DNA from: a virus
Lineage: Duplodnaviria > Caudoviricetes
Length of the DNA: 64,000 bases
Reading direction: 5' to 3' (one strand)
Virus record (IMG/VR): IMGVR_UViG_3300033273_000677
Coordinates: 711-64,710 of that record
Of the stretch, positions 1 to 8,291 are shown piece by piece. Both the position numbers and the translations under genes were made by a program. The first letter of the stretch is position 1; each line of letters opens with the position of its first letter. The notes under the pieces are model-generated. The model saw only the letters and a list, made by a program, of their open reading frames with translations, ran no database searches and was not told where the DNA came from.

Positions 1-21
1 AATAGATTAAATGATGCTTTA

Positions 22-405
22 TTGGTTTATAAACAAAGATTAATTGAAAAGGCAAAAGTAATTGATAGTTATCCAGTTCCTGTCGGAATGAATACAACAT
101 GTTACAGAGAAGGTATTCAAATCTTAGATTATGCTGAAGGTCAAAGATATCGAGAACATTTTGATGTTGCAACGGATCCAAATAATCATTGCTATCATAG
201 ACATATATCAGTAGTTCTCTATCTCTCCAAAGATTTTGAGGGGGGACATACGGCATTTTCGCATAAAAAATATAAACCAAAACCTGGATATGCATTATTT
301 TTTCCATCAAATTGGTGTTTTCCTCATCAATCAAAACCAGTAAAGTCTGGAAAAAAACGGGTAGCAGTTACCTGGTACTACGTTAATGATACTAGAAATG
401 GTTGA
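22..405 (+). CDS. 2OG-Fe(II) oxygenase (prolyl-4-hydroxylase-like), probably 5'-truncated by the window edge
   Basis: Y-x-x-H-F-D (HxD), ISVVLYL, FEGG, FPSNW-x-F-P-H, K-R-V-A-V-T-W motifs of the 2OG-Fe(II) dioxygenase fold. Confidence 0.85.
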   Translation: MVYKQRLIEKAKVIDSYPVPVGMNTTCYREGIQILDYAEGQRYREHFDVATDPNNHCYHRHISVVLYLSKDFEGGHTAFSHKKYKPKPGYALFFPSNWCFPHQSKPVKSGKKRVAVTWYYVNDTRNG

Positions 406-430
406 CACCCCCACCCAGATGCCCTATAAT
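402..430 (+). promoter_or_regulatory. Host sigma70-type promoter
   Basis: TTGACA(402-407)-17 nt-TATAAT(425-430), perfect consensus. Confidence 0.85.
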
Positions 431-457
431 ATGTGGGTAATCAACGCAAGACACCCC

Positions 458-652
458 ATGCAACGCACCGAAGAGTTTGTCAAAGGTATCGTGATTGACA
501 TCTGCTCTCGTTCTTTTCTTCTCCTGAGTGATCAGGGTGATGAAAAGTTTGTGGAATGTGATACTGTTGATCAGTTCATGTCTGTACTGGATGTCGTTAC
601 TTCTAATCTAAATGATGATCAGATTGAGTATGCGGACCTTGCCATTGCATGA
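458..652 (+). CDS. Small hypothetical phage protein (MQRTEEFV...)
   Basis: ATG at 458, downstream of the promoter; the ORF-track start at 386 overlaps the promoter. Confidence 0.7.
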   Translation: MQRTEEFVKGIVIDICSRSFLLLSDQGDEKFVECDTVDQFMSVLDVVTSNLNDDQIEYADLAIA

Positions 653-677
653 TAAATAAATCAACTGTGAAACATTG

Positions 678-854
678 ATGGAAGTTTTTACTTTACAGGA
701 ATGGGAAGAAAATTTTGATTCATTATTCAAAAGAGTTGAAGAAGGAGAGACAATAGGAGTGGTTAGAGAAGACGGAAAAGCAGCAGTGTTTATGCCTGCT
801 GATGAGGCAGAGTTTCTGCGAATACACACAACAGACAATAACGACGCTGATTGA
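678..854 (+). CDS. 58-aa Phd/YefM antitoxin-like protein
   Basis: MEVFTLQEWEENFDSLFKRVEEGETIGVVREDGKAAVFMPAD resembles the Phd/YefM N-terminal pattern; ATAAATA late-promoter-like motif at 652-658. Confidence 0.55.
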   Translation: MEVFTLQEWEENFDSLFKRVEEGETIGVVREDGKAAVFMPADEAEFLRIHTTDNNDAD

Positions 855-861
855 TGTATTT

Positions 862-933
862 GGGAGTGTCGCATATTGGTTAATGCCCATGCCTTATAAG
901 CGTGTGAACCGAGTTCAATTCTCGGCATTCCTA
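862..933 (+). tRNA. tRNA-Ile(UAU)
   Basis: Acceptor GGGAGTG/CATTCCT, anticodon arm CATGC-CTTATAA-GCGTG, T arm CCGAG-TTCAATT-CTCGG; no encoded CCA. Confidence 0.85.
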
Positions 934-938
934 TTAGT

Positions 939-1005
939 GTAGGTGTGATGTAAGGAAACACGCCTCTTCGGAGAGTATTGCAGGTATCAAACCCTGTCAT
1001 CTACA
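939..1005 (+). ncRNA. tRNA-like RNA with shortened anticodon arm (pseudo-tRNA or stable RNA)
   Basis: Acceptor GTAGGTG/CATCTAC, D arm with GG, T arm GCAGG-TATCAAAC-CCTGT; anticodon arm reduced to CTC-TTCG-GAG. Confidence 0.55.
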
Positions 1006-1011
1006 CTATCC

Positions 1012-1084
1012 GCTCGTTTAGCAATCTGTCGAATGCAATCGTCTCATAAACGATCGAAGGTGGGTTAGATTCCCACAACGAGCA
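1012..1084 (+). tRNA. tRNA with CAU anticodon (elongator Met or Ile2)
   Basis: Acceptor GCTCGTT/AACGAGC, anticodon arm ATCGT-CTCATAA-ACGAT, T arm GTGGG-TTAGATT-CCCAC. Confidence 0.8.
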
Positions 1085-1085
1085 C

Positions 1086-1114
1086 TTGACAATCAGCACT
1101 CTGAGTGTTATGAT
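1086..1114 (+). promoter_or_regulatory. sigma70-type promoter for tRNA-Val/tRNA-Leu
   Basis: TTGACA-17 nt-TATGAT, 9 nt upstream of tRNA-Val. Confidence 0.75.
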
Positions 1115-1123
1115 TGTCCCATC

Positions 1124-1195
1124 GGGTGATTGGCGCAGTGGTAGCGCAGTAGATTTACATTCTATTGGTCACTGGTTCGAATCCAGTATCACCCA
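1124..1195 (+). tRNA. tRNA-Val(UAC)
   Basis: Acceptor GGGTGAT/ATCACCC, anticodon loop TTTACAT, T loop TTCGAAT. Confidence 0.92.
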
Positions 1196-1199
1196 CCTT

Positions 1200-1482
1200 G
1201 CGAGTATGGTGGAATCGGTAGACACACCAGACTTATGAAAATTGAGCCTCATTTGAGAAATCTTATGAGTGTAACTCCTCAAATTCGGGGAAACCTGTAA
1301 AATGGCAATCCCGAGCCAAGCATCGTAAGATGAAGGTGTAGAGACTAGACGGGGAGCACCTAAACTGAAAGGTATGGTGAAGGGATAGTCCAGACCACAA
1401 ACCGTAAGGGCAAGGAAACTTGTAGTGGTAAGAAAATCTGTTGACCATTACGGTCGTGGGAGTTCAAGTCTCCCTACTCGCA
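1200..1482 (+). tRNA. tRNA-Leu(UAA), split by an intron (exons 1200-1234 and 1433-1482)
   Basis: Acceptor GCGAGTA/TACTCGC; joining ...CAGACTT and AAAATCTG restores the CTTAAAA loop; long variable arm GACC-ATTAC-GGTC; T loop TTCAAGT. Confidence 0.9.
1235..1432 (+). mobile_element. Group I self-splicing intron (trnL-UAA / IC3-like), no ORF
   Basis: Inserted after the first U of the anticodon and ends in G; core motifs AAATTCGGGGAAA (P), AATCCCGAGC (Q), GTGTAGAGACTAGACGG (R), AGGGATAGTCC (S); P7 GACTA/TAGTC; P1 with U-G wobble at the 5' splice site. Confidence 0.9.
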
Positions 1483-1499
1483 CTATATAAAAATAAAAT

Positions 1500-2516
1500 A
1501 TGAAACTAATCGAACGCATCGAAGAACTTTCAAAGACTTTACCAAGACCTTCTTATAGTGAAGCAGATACTAAAGGTAAGTCACTTGTAATAAGATGGAT
1601 GTTAGAAGACGGTTTGACCGTAAATAAAGACATCTATGGTAATATAAGAGGAGTTCTTCCCGGTTCCGGTGCTCCTATTGTTACTGGTTCGCATACAGAT
1701 ACTGTAGCAACTGCCGGTAAGTATGATGGTGCTCTGGGTGTTTTGGCAGGATTAGAAGCAGCCAGAGCACTGAAAGGTAAATTAAAGCATCCATTGGAAG
1801 TTGTAATCTTTGATGATGAAGAAAATACAATGGGTGGATCAGTTGGATACTGTTCGAAAAAACCTGATATCAAGGCATTTGTTGAACTTCACGTTGAACA
1901 AGGACCAGTATTGGATGTTCAGCAATTAGATATTGGCATTGTTCAGGGTATTGTAGGACAGAGAAGGTGCTCTGTTTCTGTATTTGGACAAGAGAATCAC
2001 GCAGGAACCACACCAATGAATATGAGAGATGATGCTCTCGTAAAGACTGCAGAGATCATCACTTACATTAATAAGAAAGCACAAGAATGTGATGGATTGG
2101 TTGCAACTGTAGGTGTCCTAGATGTTCATCCAAACGCATTCAGTGTTGTTCCTGGCCGTGTTGATTTTACATTACAGGTACGAGATTTGTATGCTGATAC
2201 AATGGAGAGTTTTGTAGAGGATGTATGTAAGAAGTTTGATTTGAGATATGAAATCTCACACCAGTCAGAACCTGCATTGTGTGATAAAAAGATTATGGAG
2301 TTTATATCAGAATCTTGTGGTGATTTAAAGAGTATTGAGATGCCTTCAAGAGCATCACACGATGCACAGAACTTTACCTTCTGTCCGATGGGTATGATAT
2401 TTGTTCCATCAATTGGTGGTATCAGTCATTCTCCAAAGGAAAAAACCACAGATCAGATGTGTATTAATGGGTCAAATGTCTTAACAAATACCATCAAAAT
2501 GATTGATGAGATGTAA
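1500..2516 (+). CDS. M20-family Zn amidohydrolase (allantoate amidohydrolase / N-carbamoyl-L-amino-acid hydrolase-like)
   Basis: GSHTDT, GKYDGALGV, DEE, ELHVEQGPVL, NHAGTTPM, SHDA, GGISHSPKE motifs. Confidence 0.88.
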   Translation: MKLIERIEELSKTLPRPSYSEADTKGKSLVIRWMLEDGLTVNKDIYGNIRGVLPGSGAPIVTGSHTDTVATAGKYDGALGVLAGLEAARALKGKLKHPLEVVIFDDEENTMGGSVGYCSKKPDIKAFVELHVEQGPVLDVQQLDIGIVQGIVGQRRCSVSVFGQENHAGTTPMNMRDDALVKTAEIITYINKKAQECDGLVATVGVLDVHPNAFSVVPGRVDFTLQVRDLYADTMESFVEDVCKKFDLRYEISHQSEPALCDKKIMEFISESCGDLKSIEMPSRASHDAQNFTFCPMGMIFVPSIGGISHSPKEKTTDQMCINGSNVLTNTIKMIDEM

Positions 2517-2540
2517 AATAAATACTCCAAAGGAAATAAA

Positions 2541-2849
2541 GTGATGTCTTATACAGTAAGTACGAAACACTGTTGGTATAACGACGAGAGAATAATAGTG
2601 AAAATGTATTTCTTAAATGATATACCTTTCACATTTGATGAAATGCCAGATGGACATCTTTATGATAAAGATTTAGTAGAAGAAGCAAATAAAAATAAGT
2701 CTTATGAAGTTGATGATGTTTATAAAGGATCAACTTATTTGATATTAGAAGAGGCACATCCTTGCTTTGATCCTGTAGAGATATCAAACCCACAAATTTT
2801 GCCTGAAGATTTAATTCCTTTCTATGACGAGGAGGATTTGCTAGGATAA
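2541..2849 (+). CDS. Hypothetical phage protein
   Basis: 102-aa ORF after ATAAATA (2518-2524). Confidence 0.7.
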   Translation: MMSYTVSTKHCWYNDERIIVKMYFLNDIPFTFDEMPDGHLYDKDLVEEANKNKSYEVDDVYKGSTYLILEEAHPCFDPVEISNPQILPEDLIPFYDEEDLLG

Positions 2850-2885
2850 ATAAATCATAGCAAATAGTATAGAAGCAGTAATACA

Positions 2886-5800
2886 ATGCCTCTGAATAAG
2901 TTAGATTCTATCATCAAGAATACTGAAGGTCGCATCTTATATGTAAGTCCGGCAGATTTAGACTCTACTGATAGTATTAGTAATCAAGGAAATTCTCTTG
3001 CCAGACCATTCAAGACTCTTCAGAGAGCATTAATTGAATCTGCGAGATTTTCGTATATAAAAGGAAATAGTAACGACGAGACAGAGAAGACCACAATTCT
3101 CTTGATGCCTGGTGAGCACGTTATTGATAATAGACCGGGTTATACTATTGATAGTACGGGAACAACAACTACTGCTGATGGTTCAGCAGTAACACCATTT
3201 GCTTTAACATTAGACTCTATTTTTGATTTAACACAAAAAGATAATGATCTTTATAAGTTCAATAGTGTAAATGGTGGGGTAATTGTTCCTCGTGGAACTT
3301 CAATCGTTGGTCTTGACTTAAGAAAGACTAAACTGCGCCCACTTTATGTTCCAAATCCAACTGATGATTCAGTACCATATTCTTCTCTCTTTAGAATTAC
3401 TGGAGCTTGCTATCTTTGGCAATTCTCAATTTTTGATGCGGATGAATTTGAAACGGTATATACTCAACACAACAATTTTACTGAAAAGTCTACACCAACA
3501 TTTTCTCACCATAAACTTACGGTATTTGAATATGCCGATGGTGTTAATGAAGTTGGCAATAAGGGTCTTACGGACCTTCAGATGTACTATGCCAAATTAT
3601 CTCAGGCTTACTCTACCGGTTCTGGTAGACCAGTCGATACTGATGATGTATTCCCAACAAACGATTTAGGATTTAATCCTAGAAGACCGGAATTTGAAAT
3701 TGTAGGTGCATTTGCTTCAGATCCTATTACAATTTCATCGATTCAAGCAGGTGATGGATTAACTCCTACTAGAAGAATTAAGGTTACCACACAAGAAGAA
3801 CACGGATTGAATGTGGGAACACCTATTCTTATTAAAGGTGTATCTGATAATTCTTATAATATTTCTACCAAAGTTACATCAATTGATGAAGATAATGATA
3901 AAATCTTTTTCTATAATATAACTAAAAATCCTGCACTTATCAATCCCGGACCATTTACAAGTGAAGGTACTGTAACCATTGAGACTGATACAGTTACTGG
4001 TGCTTCTCCATATATCTTCAATATTTCCATGCGATCTGTATGGGGTATGCAGGGTATGCACGCCGACGGAAGTAAGGCAACTGGTTTCCGTTCAATGGTT
4101 GTTGCTCAGTTTACTGGTGTTTCACTTCAAAAAGATGATAGAGCATTTGTAAAATATAATGAGTCAAGTAGAACATACGAGAATACATTTTATGCTGCAG
4201 GAACAACACAAAGTGGTTCTGAACTATCCTCAAAATCATCATCAACTGGAACAGTTTATCATTTAGATTCTGAGGCAATTTATCGTCAGGGATGGGAACA
4301 ATCACATATCAGAATTAGTAACGATGCAATTGTTCAGGTAGTTTCTGTTTTTGCCATTGGTTATAACAAGCATTTTGTTGCCGAAACTGGTGGTGATGCT
4401 TCAATCACTAACTCAAACTCTAACTTTGGTCAGTTATCTCTGGTCTCCGATGGATTTAAGAAAGAGGCATTTGCGAAAGATGATAAGGCATTCATCACTC
4501 ATATTATTCCACCAAGAGCAATTGAATCAACGGAAGAAGATATTGATTGGTTGACTCTTGATCAGGATGCACCAAATACTTCAACCAAGTTATATATCTT
4601 TGGATTTAAGAACAAACAAGTAAAACCACCAATTCTTACTCAAGGATATCGTGTTGGTGCGAAAGTAAATGATAAACTTTTCTTAGGGTCTAACTCTGCA
4701 AGCATTGTAATGCCAAGTGGAGCATCTTCATTTGAAGAGTATTCTGTCGGTGCACCGAGTAATAATTTATTCACAGTTTCTAACAGTGGAACTCATAATT
4801 TAACAACTGGTGAAAAAGTTATCATTATTAGTGACGATGGAGATTTACCAGAAAATCTGAGAACAAATACAGTTTATTATGCAATTGTTCCAAATAATAC
4901 CACATTCAGACTTGCCGCATCACTGGCAGAAGCAACTTCAGATAGTCCAATTGAAGTATATGGTGGAACAAACTTAAAAGTTATTACGAGAGTCTCTGAT
5001 AAAGAATCTGATGATATTGGTCATCCAGTTCAATATGATGATTCTGCGGATCAGTGGTATATTACTGTAAGTGCGACCGGAAATACTATTACTTCACAGT
5101 TAACAGGATCTGGTGCCACTGATGAACCAACTATAATCAAGAGAATTCAAGATAATAGAAGTCTCGATGAAAAGATTTACAAACTTAGAGTTGTAGTTCC
5201 AAGTCAACTTACAAACGCAAAAACACCAGAATCTGGATTTGTTATTCAAGAATCAAGTTCAACTGGTTTTAGAGTAGATACTGATGCTACTGCCGTTAGT
5301 ATTGGAACGACTGATTATGATTTTAATCGTAATCTAAGAATTATCAAAAGTTGCTCTTTCTCATCACCAACAGTTACCGTCGTTTCGGAACTTCCACACA
5401 ACTTAAAGACTGGTGATTCTATTATTATTAGAAACGTAACAGACTCTACAAATACTGAAGGATTAATTGATAAGGGATATAACGGAACCTTTACTGTAGT
5501 AACTGTTGTTGATGATTTAACATTTACATATGTCACATCAACAACACCAGGGACATTTACAAATAATGTAAATACAAGAACTACAGCACTTCCAAGATTC
5601 GAGAGAAATAATCTTCAAGAAAATTTTTATATTTATAGAAATGAAGTTATTTCAGAATATGAAGAGAATGATAAAAATGGTGTATATCACATTTATGCAT
5701 TAAATGCAAACAATGCGATTCAAGATCAATTTACAGATCTAAAATATAGTCAAAATGTAACAGATCTGTATCCACAACTTGACAGAGATAATGTCAATGA

Positions 5801-8270
5801 TAATCCTAATAGTGCAACAACTTATGCATTAAGATCTCCAATTGGAGAAGTTCAAACAGACGATCTTAAGAAAAGTATTACAAGAGAAACAACAGATAAG
5901 TTATTAACAAGTTTAGGTATTGGCCTTGATGTTTCATCAGTTACAAATCCAACCTCAACATCACCAACAATTGTTTTTGACAGAAATCATAGTTTTGCAG
6001 GTATCATAACTGGAACACAAGCACAAGGAACAGCAGGATTTAGTGCAGGAACATATCATAATGTAAAAATTTATAATAATAGTGGATTAACGACTTGGAA
6101 CGGTGCAACCGCAAAAGTTGTTGTTTCTGCGGGAACAAATATATCTTCTGTGGAAATAATGAATGGTGGATCTAACTATTCTGCAGGAACATATTACTTA
6201 GATACCAGTGTTATTGGAACAGGAAATAACAATGCATTTACTGTCGTAGCAAGTGGTCTTACACCTGGAGTAGGTCAAGCTATTCAATTTACTGGCATTG
6301 GAACCGGAACAGATACATATCACCGTATTACTGGAGTTACTGCGAGAAATAGTGTTTCTATTGCGAGAACAACAGGAGATCCTGTAATTACTTCTGATAA
6401 TTACGGATTTGTAGTTGGACCATCTGTTGCATTTACTGCAGATTCAACATCTGGAATTGTAACTGCAACAGGTCATGGATTAGTGGTTGGTAATAAGTTT
6501 AGAGTCATTGATAGCAGCAATAATAATGCAGGAGACTATATTGTTGGTGTATCCACATTAACTAATAAATTTGAAGTTAGTGGTGGTATTGGAGCAGCAT
6601 CTGGTTTCATTATGAAACATGGATTATCATCTAATGAAGGTGTTTCGGATAGAACAAATGAAAATTTACAGGCAAGAGGAGTTACTATCTTTGATGGTGA
6701 GATATTAACACTCACCGAATCTTCAGGTATTACAGATTCTACAACATCATTCTCTGTAAGTGGCGCTCAGGGTGGAGTCATTGAAAGATTCCCACTTGGA
6801 ACTTACATTCAAGTTGATGAAGAGATCATGAGAATCTCAAGCAGTAGTCTCAGTGGAGTTCCTGCTGATAAAATTACAGTAATTCGTGGAGCACTTGCAA
6901 CTAGGGCAACTTCTCATTCAGTCAATTCTGTAATTAAGAGAATCAAAGTCCCTGCGATTGAATTCCGTAGACCATCAATTCTTCGTGCTTCCAGTCATAC
7001 GTTTGAATATCTTGGATATGGTCCCGGTAACTATTCTACTGCACTTCCACAAGTTCAGGATAGAACTCTGACTGAAAGAGAAGAATTTTTATCACAGGCA
7101 CAAGAAAGATCTAATGGTCTTGTTGTTTACACTGGCATGAATAATAAAGGTGACTTCTTTATTGGTAATCAGAAGAAATCGTCCGCAACTGGTGAAGAAA
7201 CTAACTTTGATATTCCGATTTCAACTGTTACTGGTGAGGACCCAGCAAGATTAAGTGCTGTATTTGATGAAGTTATAATCAAAGAAAGATTAGTCGTAGA
7301 AGGTGGTAAGTCAAATCAAGTATTATCACAGTTTGATGGTCCTGTTACCTTCAATGAAAAGACAAAATTTGATGAACCTGTCAAAATTTCTTCAAATAAA
7401 GACTCTACAAGTTCAGCATCTGGAGCACTTGTAGTAACTGGGGGTATTGGAGTTGGTAAGACCATCACCGCATCAAATGTAAATGTCGGTAATATCACCA
7501 TCAAAGGATCTACGGGTGAAGTATCAACGACAAGTGGTGACTTAAACATCACTTCTCTCGCAGGAAATAAAGTAGCAATTAAAACAGACACTACTATTAC
7601 AGGTGATGTATCAATCACTGGTGATACTACAATCACTGGTGTTACCACAATCACTGGTAATACGGATATTAATGGAAACTTAGATTTAACTGGATCTGCT
7701 TCTACTGAAGGTAGAATTAGTGCCAATTATCTTGATGTTCCAAATATTTCTCCTATTGGAAGTATTATGATTTGGCCAGGTACAATCAATACTTGGCCAA
7801 CGACAAATTGGAGACAATGTAATGGTGCTACATTATCTAAGACAACCTATTCAGACTTGTTTGCCGTTATTGGATACACTTATGGTGGTTCTGGTAACAA
7901 CTTTAAACTTCCCAATTTGCAAGGTAAATTTGTGACTGGTATTGGTAATGACACTTGGAACAATACTTTGAATGAAACTGGTGGTAGAACTGATGCAGTA
8001 CTACCACAACACAAGCATGATATTAATGATCCAGGTCATCATCACGATTTCACTGCCGCAAGACAATTTTCTAATACAGAAAGTGGTGATGGTGATATAG
8101 AATGCAAAAACTTTAATAATTTAGAAACTGGAAATGAAACAACTGGTATCTCGATACAGAATGTTGATTCTGATGATACAAATGCGAATATTATGAGCAA
8201 TTCAGATAAATTATCTGTAGCAAACCTACCACCATATACGGCACTCTATTACATCATAAGAATTAAATAA
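2886..8270 (+). CDS. Large tail fibre/structural protein with C-terminal tail-collar domain
   Basis: 1794 aa, G/T/S-rich; N-terminal GxSLARPFKT motif; C-terminal PIGSIMIW...CNG...LFAVIGYTYGG...FKLPNL and NLPPY collar/receptor-binding motifs. Confidence 0.8.
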   Translation: MPLNKLDSIIKNTEGRILYVSPADLDSTDSISNQGNSLARPFKTLQRALIESARFSYIKGNSNDETEKTTILLMPGEHVIDNRPGYTIDSTGTTTTADGSAVTPFALTLDSIFDLTQKDNDLYKFNSVNGGVIVPRGTSIVGLDLRKTKLRPLYVPNPTDDSVPYSSLFRITGACYLWQFSIFDADEFETVYTQHNNFTEKSTPTFSHHKLTVFEYADGVNEVGNKGLTDLQMYYAKLSQAYSTGSGRPVDTDDVFPTNDLGFNPRRPEFEIVGAFASDPITISSIQAGDGLTPTRRIKVTTQEEHGLNVGTPILIKGVSDNSYNISTKVTSIDEDNDKIFFYNITKNPALINPGPFTSEGTVTIETDTVTGASPYIFNISMRSVWGMQGMHADGSKATGFRSMVVAQFTGVSLQKDDRAFVKYNESSRTYENTFYAAGTTQSGSELSSKSSSTGTVYHLDSEAIYRQGWEQSHIRISNDAIVQVVSVFAIGYNKHFVAETGGDASITNSNSNFGQLSLVSDGFKKEAFAKDDKAFITHIIPPRAIESTEEDIDWLTLDQDAPNTSTKLYIFGFKNKQVKPPILTQGYRVGAKVNDKLFLGSNSASIVMPSGASSFEEYSVGAPSNNLFTVSNSGTHNLTTGEKVIIISDDGDLPENLRTNTVYYAIVPNNTTFRLAASLAEATSDSPIEVYGGTNLKVITRVSDKESDDIGHPVQYDDSADQWYITVSATGNTITSQLTGSGATDEPTIIKRIQDNRSLDEKIYKLRVVVPSQLTNAKTPESGFVIQESSSTGFRVDTDATAVSIGTTDYDFNRNLRIIKSCSFSSPTVTVVSELPHNLKTGDSIIIRNVTDSTNTEGLIDKGYNGTFTVVTVVDDLTFTYVTSTTPGTFTNNVNTRTTALPRFERNNLQENFYIYRNEVISEYEENDKNGVYHIYALNANNAIQDQFTDLKYSQNVTDLYPQLDRDNVNDNPNSATTYALRSPIGEVQTDDLKKSITRETTDKLLTSLGIGLDVSSVTNPTSTSPTIVFDRNHSFAGIITGTQAQGTAGFSAGTYHNVKIYNNSGLTTWNGATAKVVVSAGTNISSVEIMNGGSNYSAGTYYLDTSVIGTGNNNAFTVVASGLTPGVGQAIQFTGIGTGTDTYHRITGVTARNSVSIARTTGDPVITSDNYGFVVGPSVAFTADSTSGIVTATGHGLVVGNKFRVIDSSNNNAGDYIVGVSTLTNKFEVSGGIGAASGFIMKHGLSSNEGVSDRTNENLQARGVTIFDGEILTLTESSGITDSTTSFSVSGAQGGVIERFPLGTYIQVDEEIMRISSSSLSGVPADKITVIRGALATRATSHSVNSVIKRIKVPAIEFRRPSILRASSHTFEYLGYGPGNYSTALPQVQDRTLTEREEFLSQAQERSNGLVVYTGMNNKGDFFIGNQKKSSATGEETNFDIPISTVTGEDPARLSAVFDEVIIKERLVVEGGKSNQVLSQFDGPVTFNEKTKFDEPVKISSNKDSTSSASGALVVTGGIGVGKTITASNVNVGNITIKGSTGEVSTTSGDLNITSLAGNKVAIKTDTTITGDVSITGDTTITGVTTITGNTDINGNLDLTGSASTEGRISANYLDVPNISPIGSIMIWPGTINTWPTTNWRQCNGATLSKTTYSDLFAVIGYTYGGSGNNFKLPNLQGKFVTGIGNDTWNNTLNETGGRTDAVLPQHKHDINDPGHHHDFTAARQFSNTESGDGDIECKNFNNLETGNETTGISIQNVDSDDTNANIMSNSDKLSVANLPPYTALYYIIRIK

Positions 8271-8291
8271 ATAACTCTAAAGCTTATAATA

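Noticed and set aside
608-1000. 130-aa minus-strand ORF
   Set aside because: Antisense to a + strand ORF and two structured RNAs; no protein motifs
1263-1448. Minus-strand ORF as an intron-encoded homing endonuclease
   Set aside because: Wrong strand, 61 aa, overlaps the ribozyme core, no LAGLIDADG/HNH/GIY-YIG motif
862-2516. Prophage or island integration at the tRNA cluster
   Set aside because: No integrase and no duplicated tRNA 3' end; flanks on both sides are phage-like
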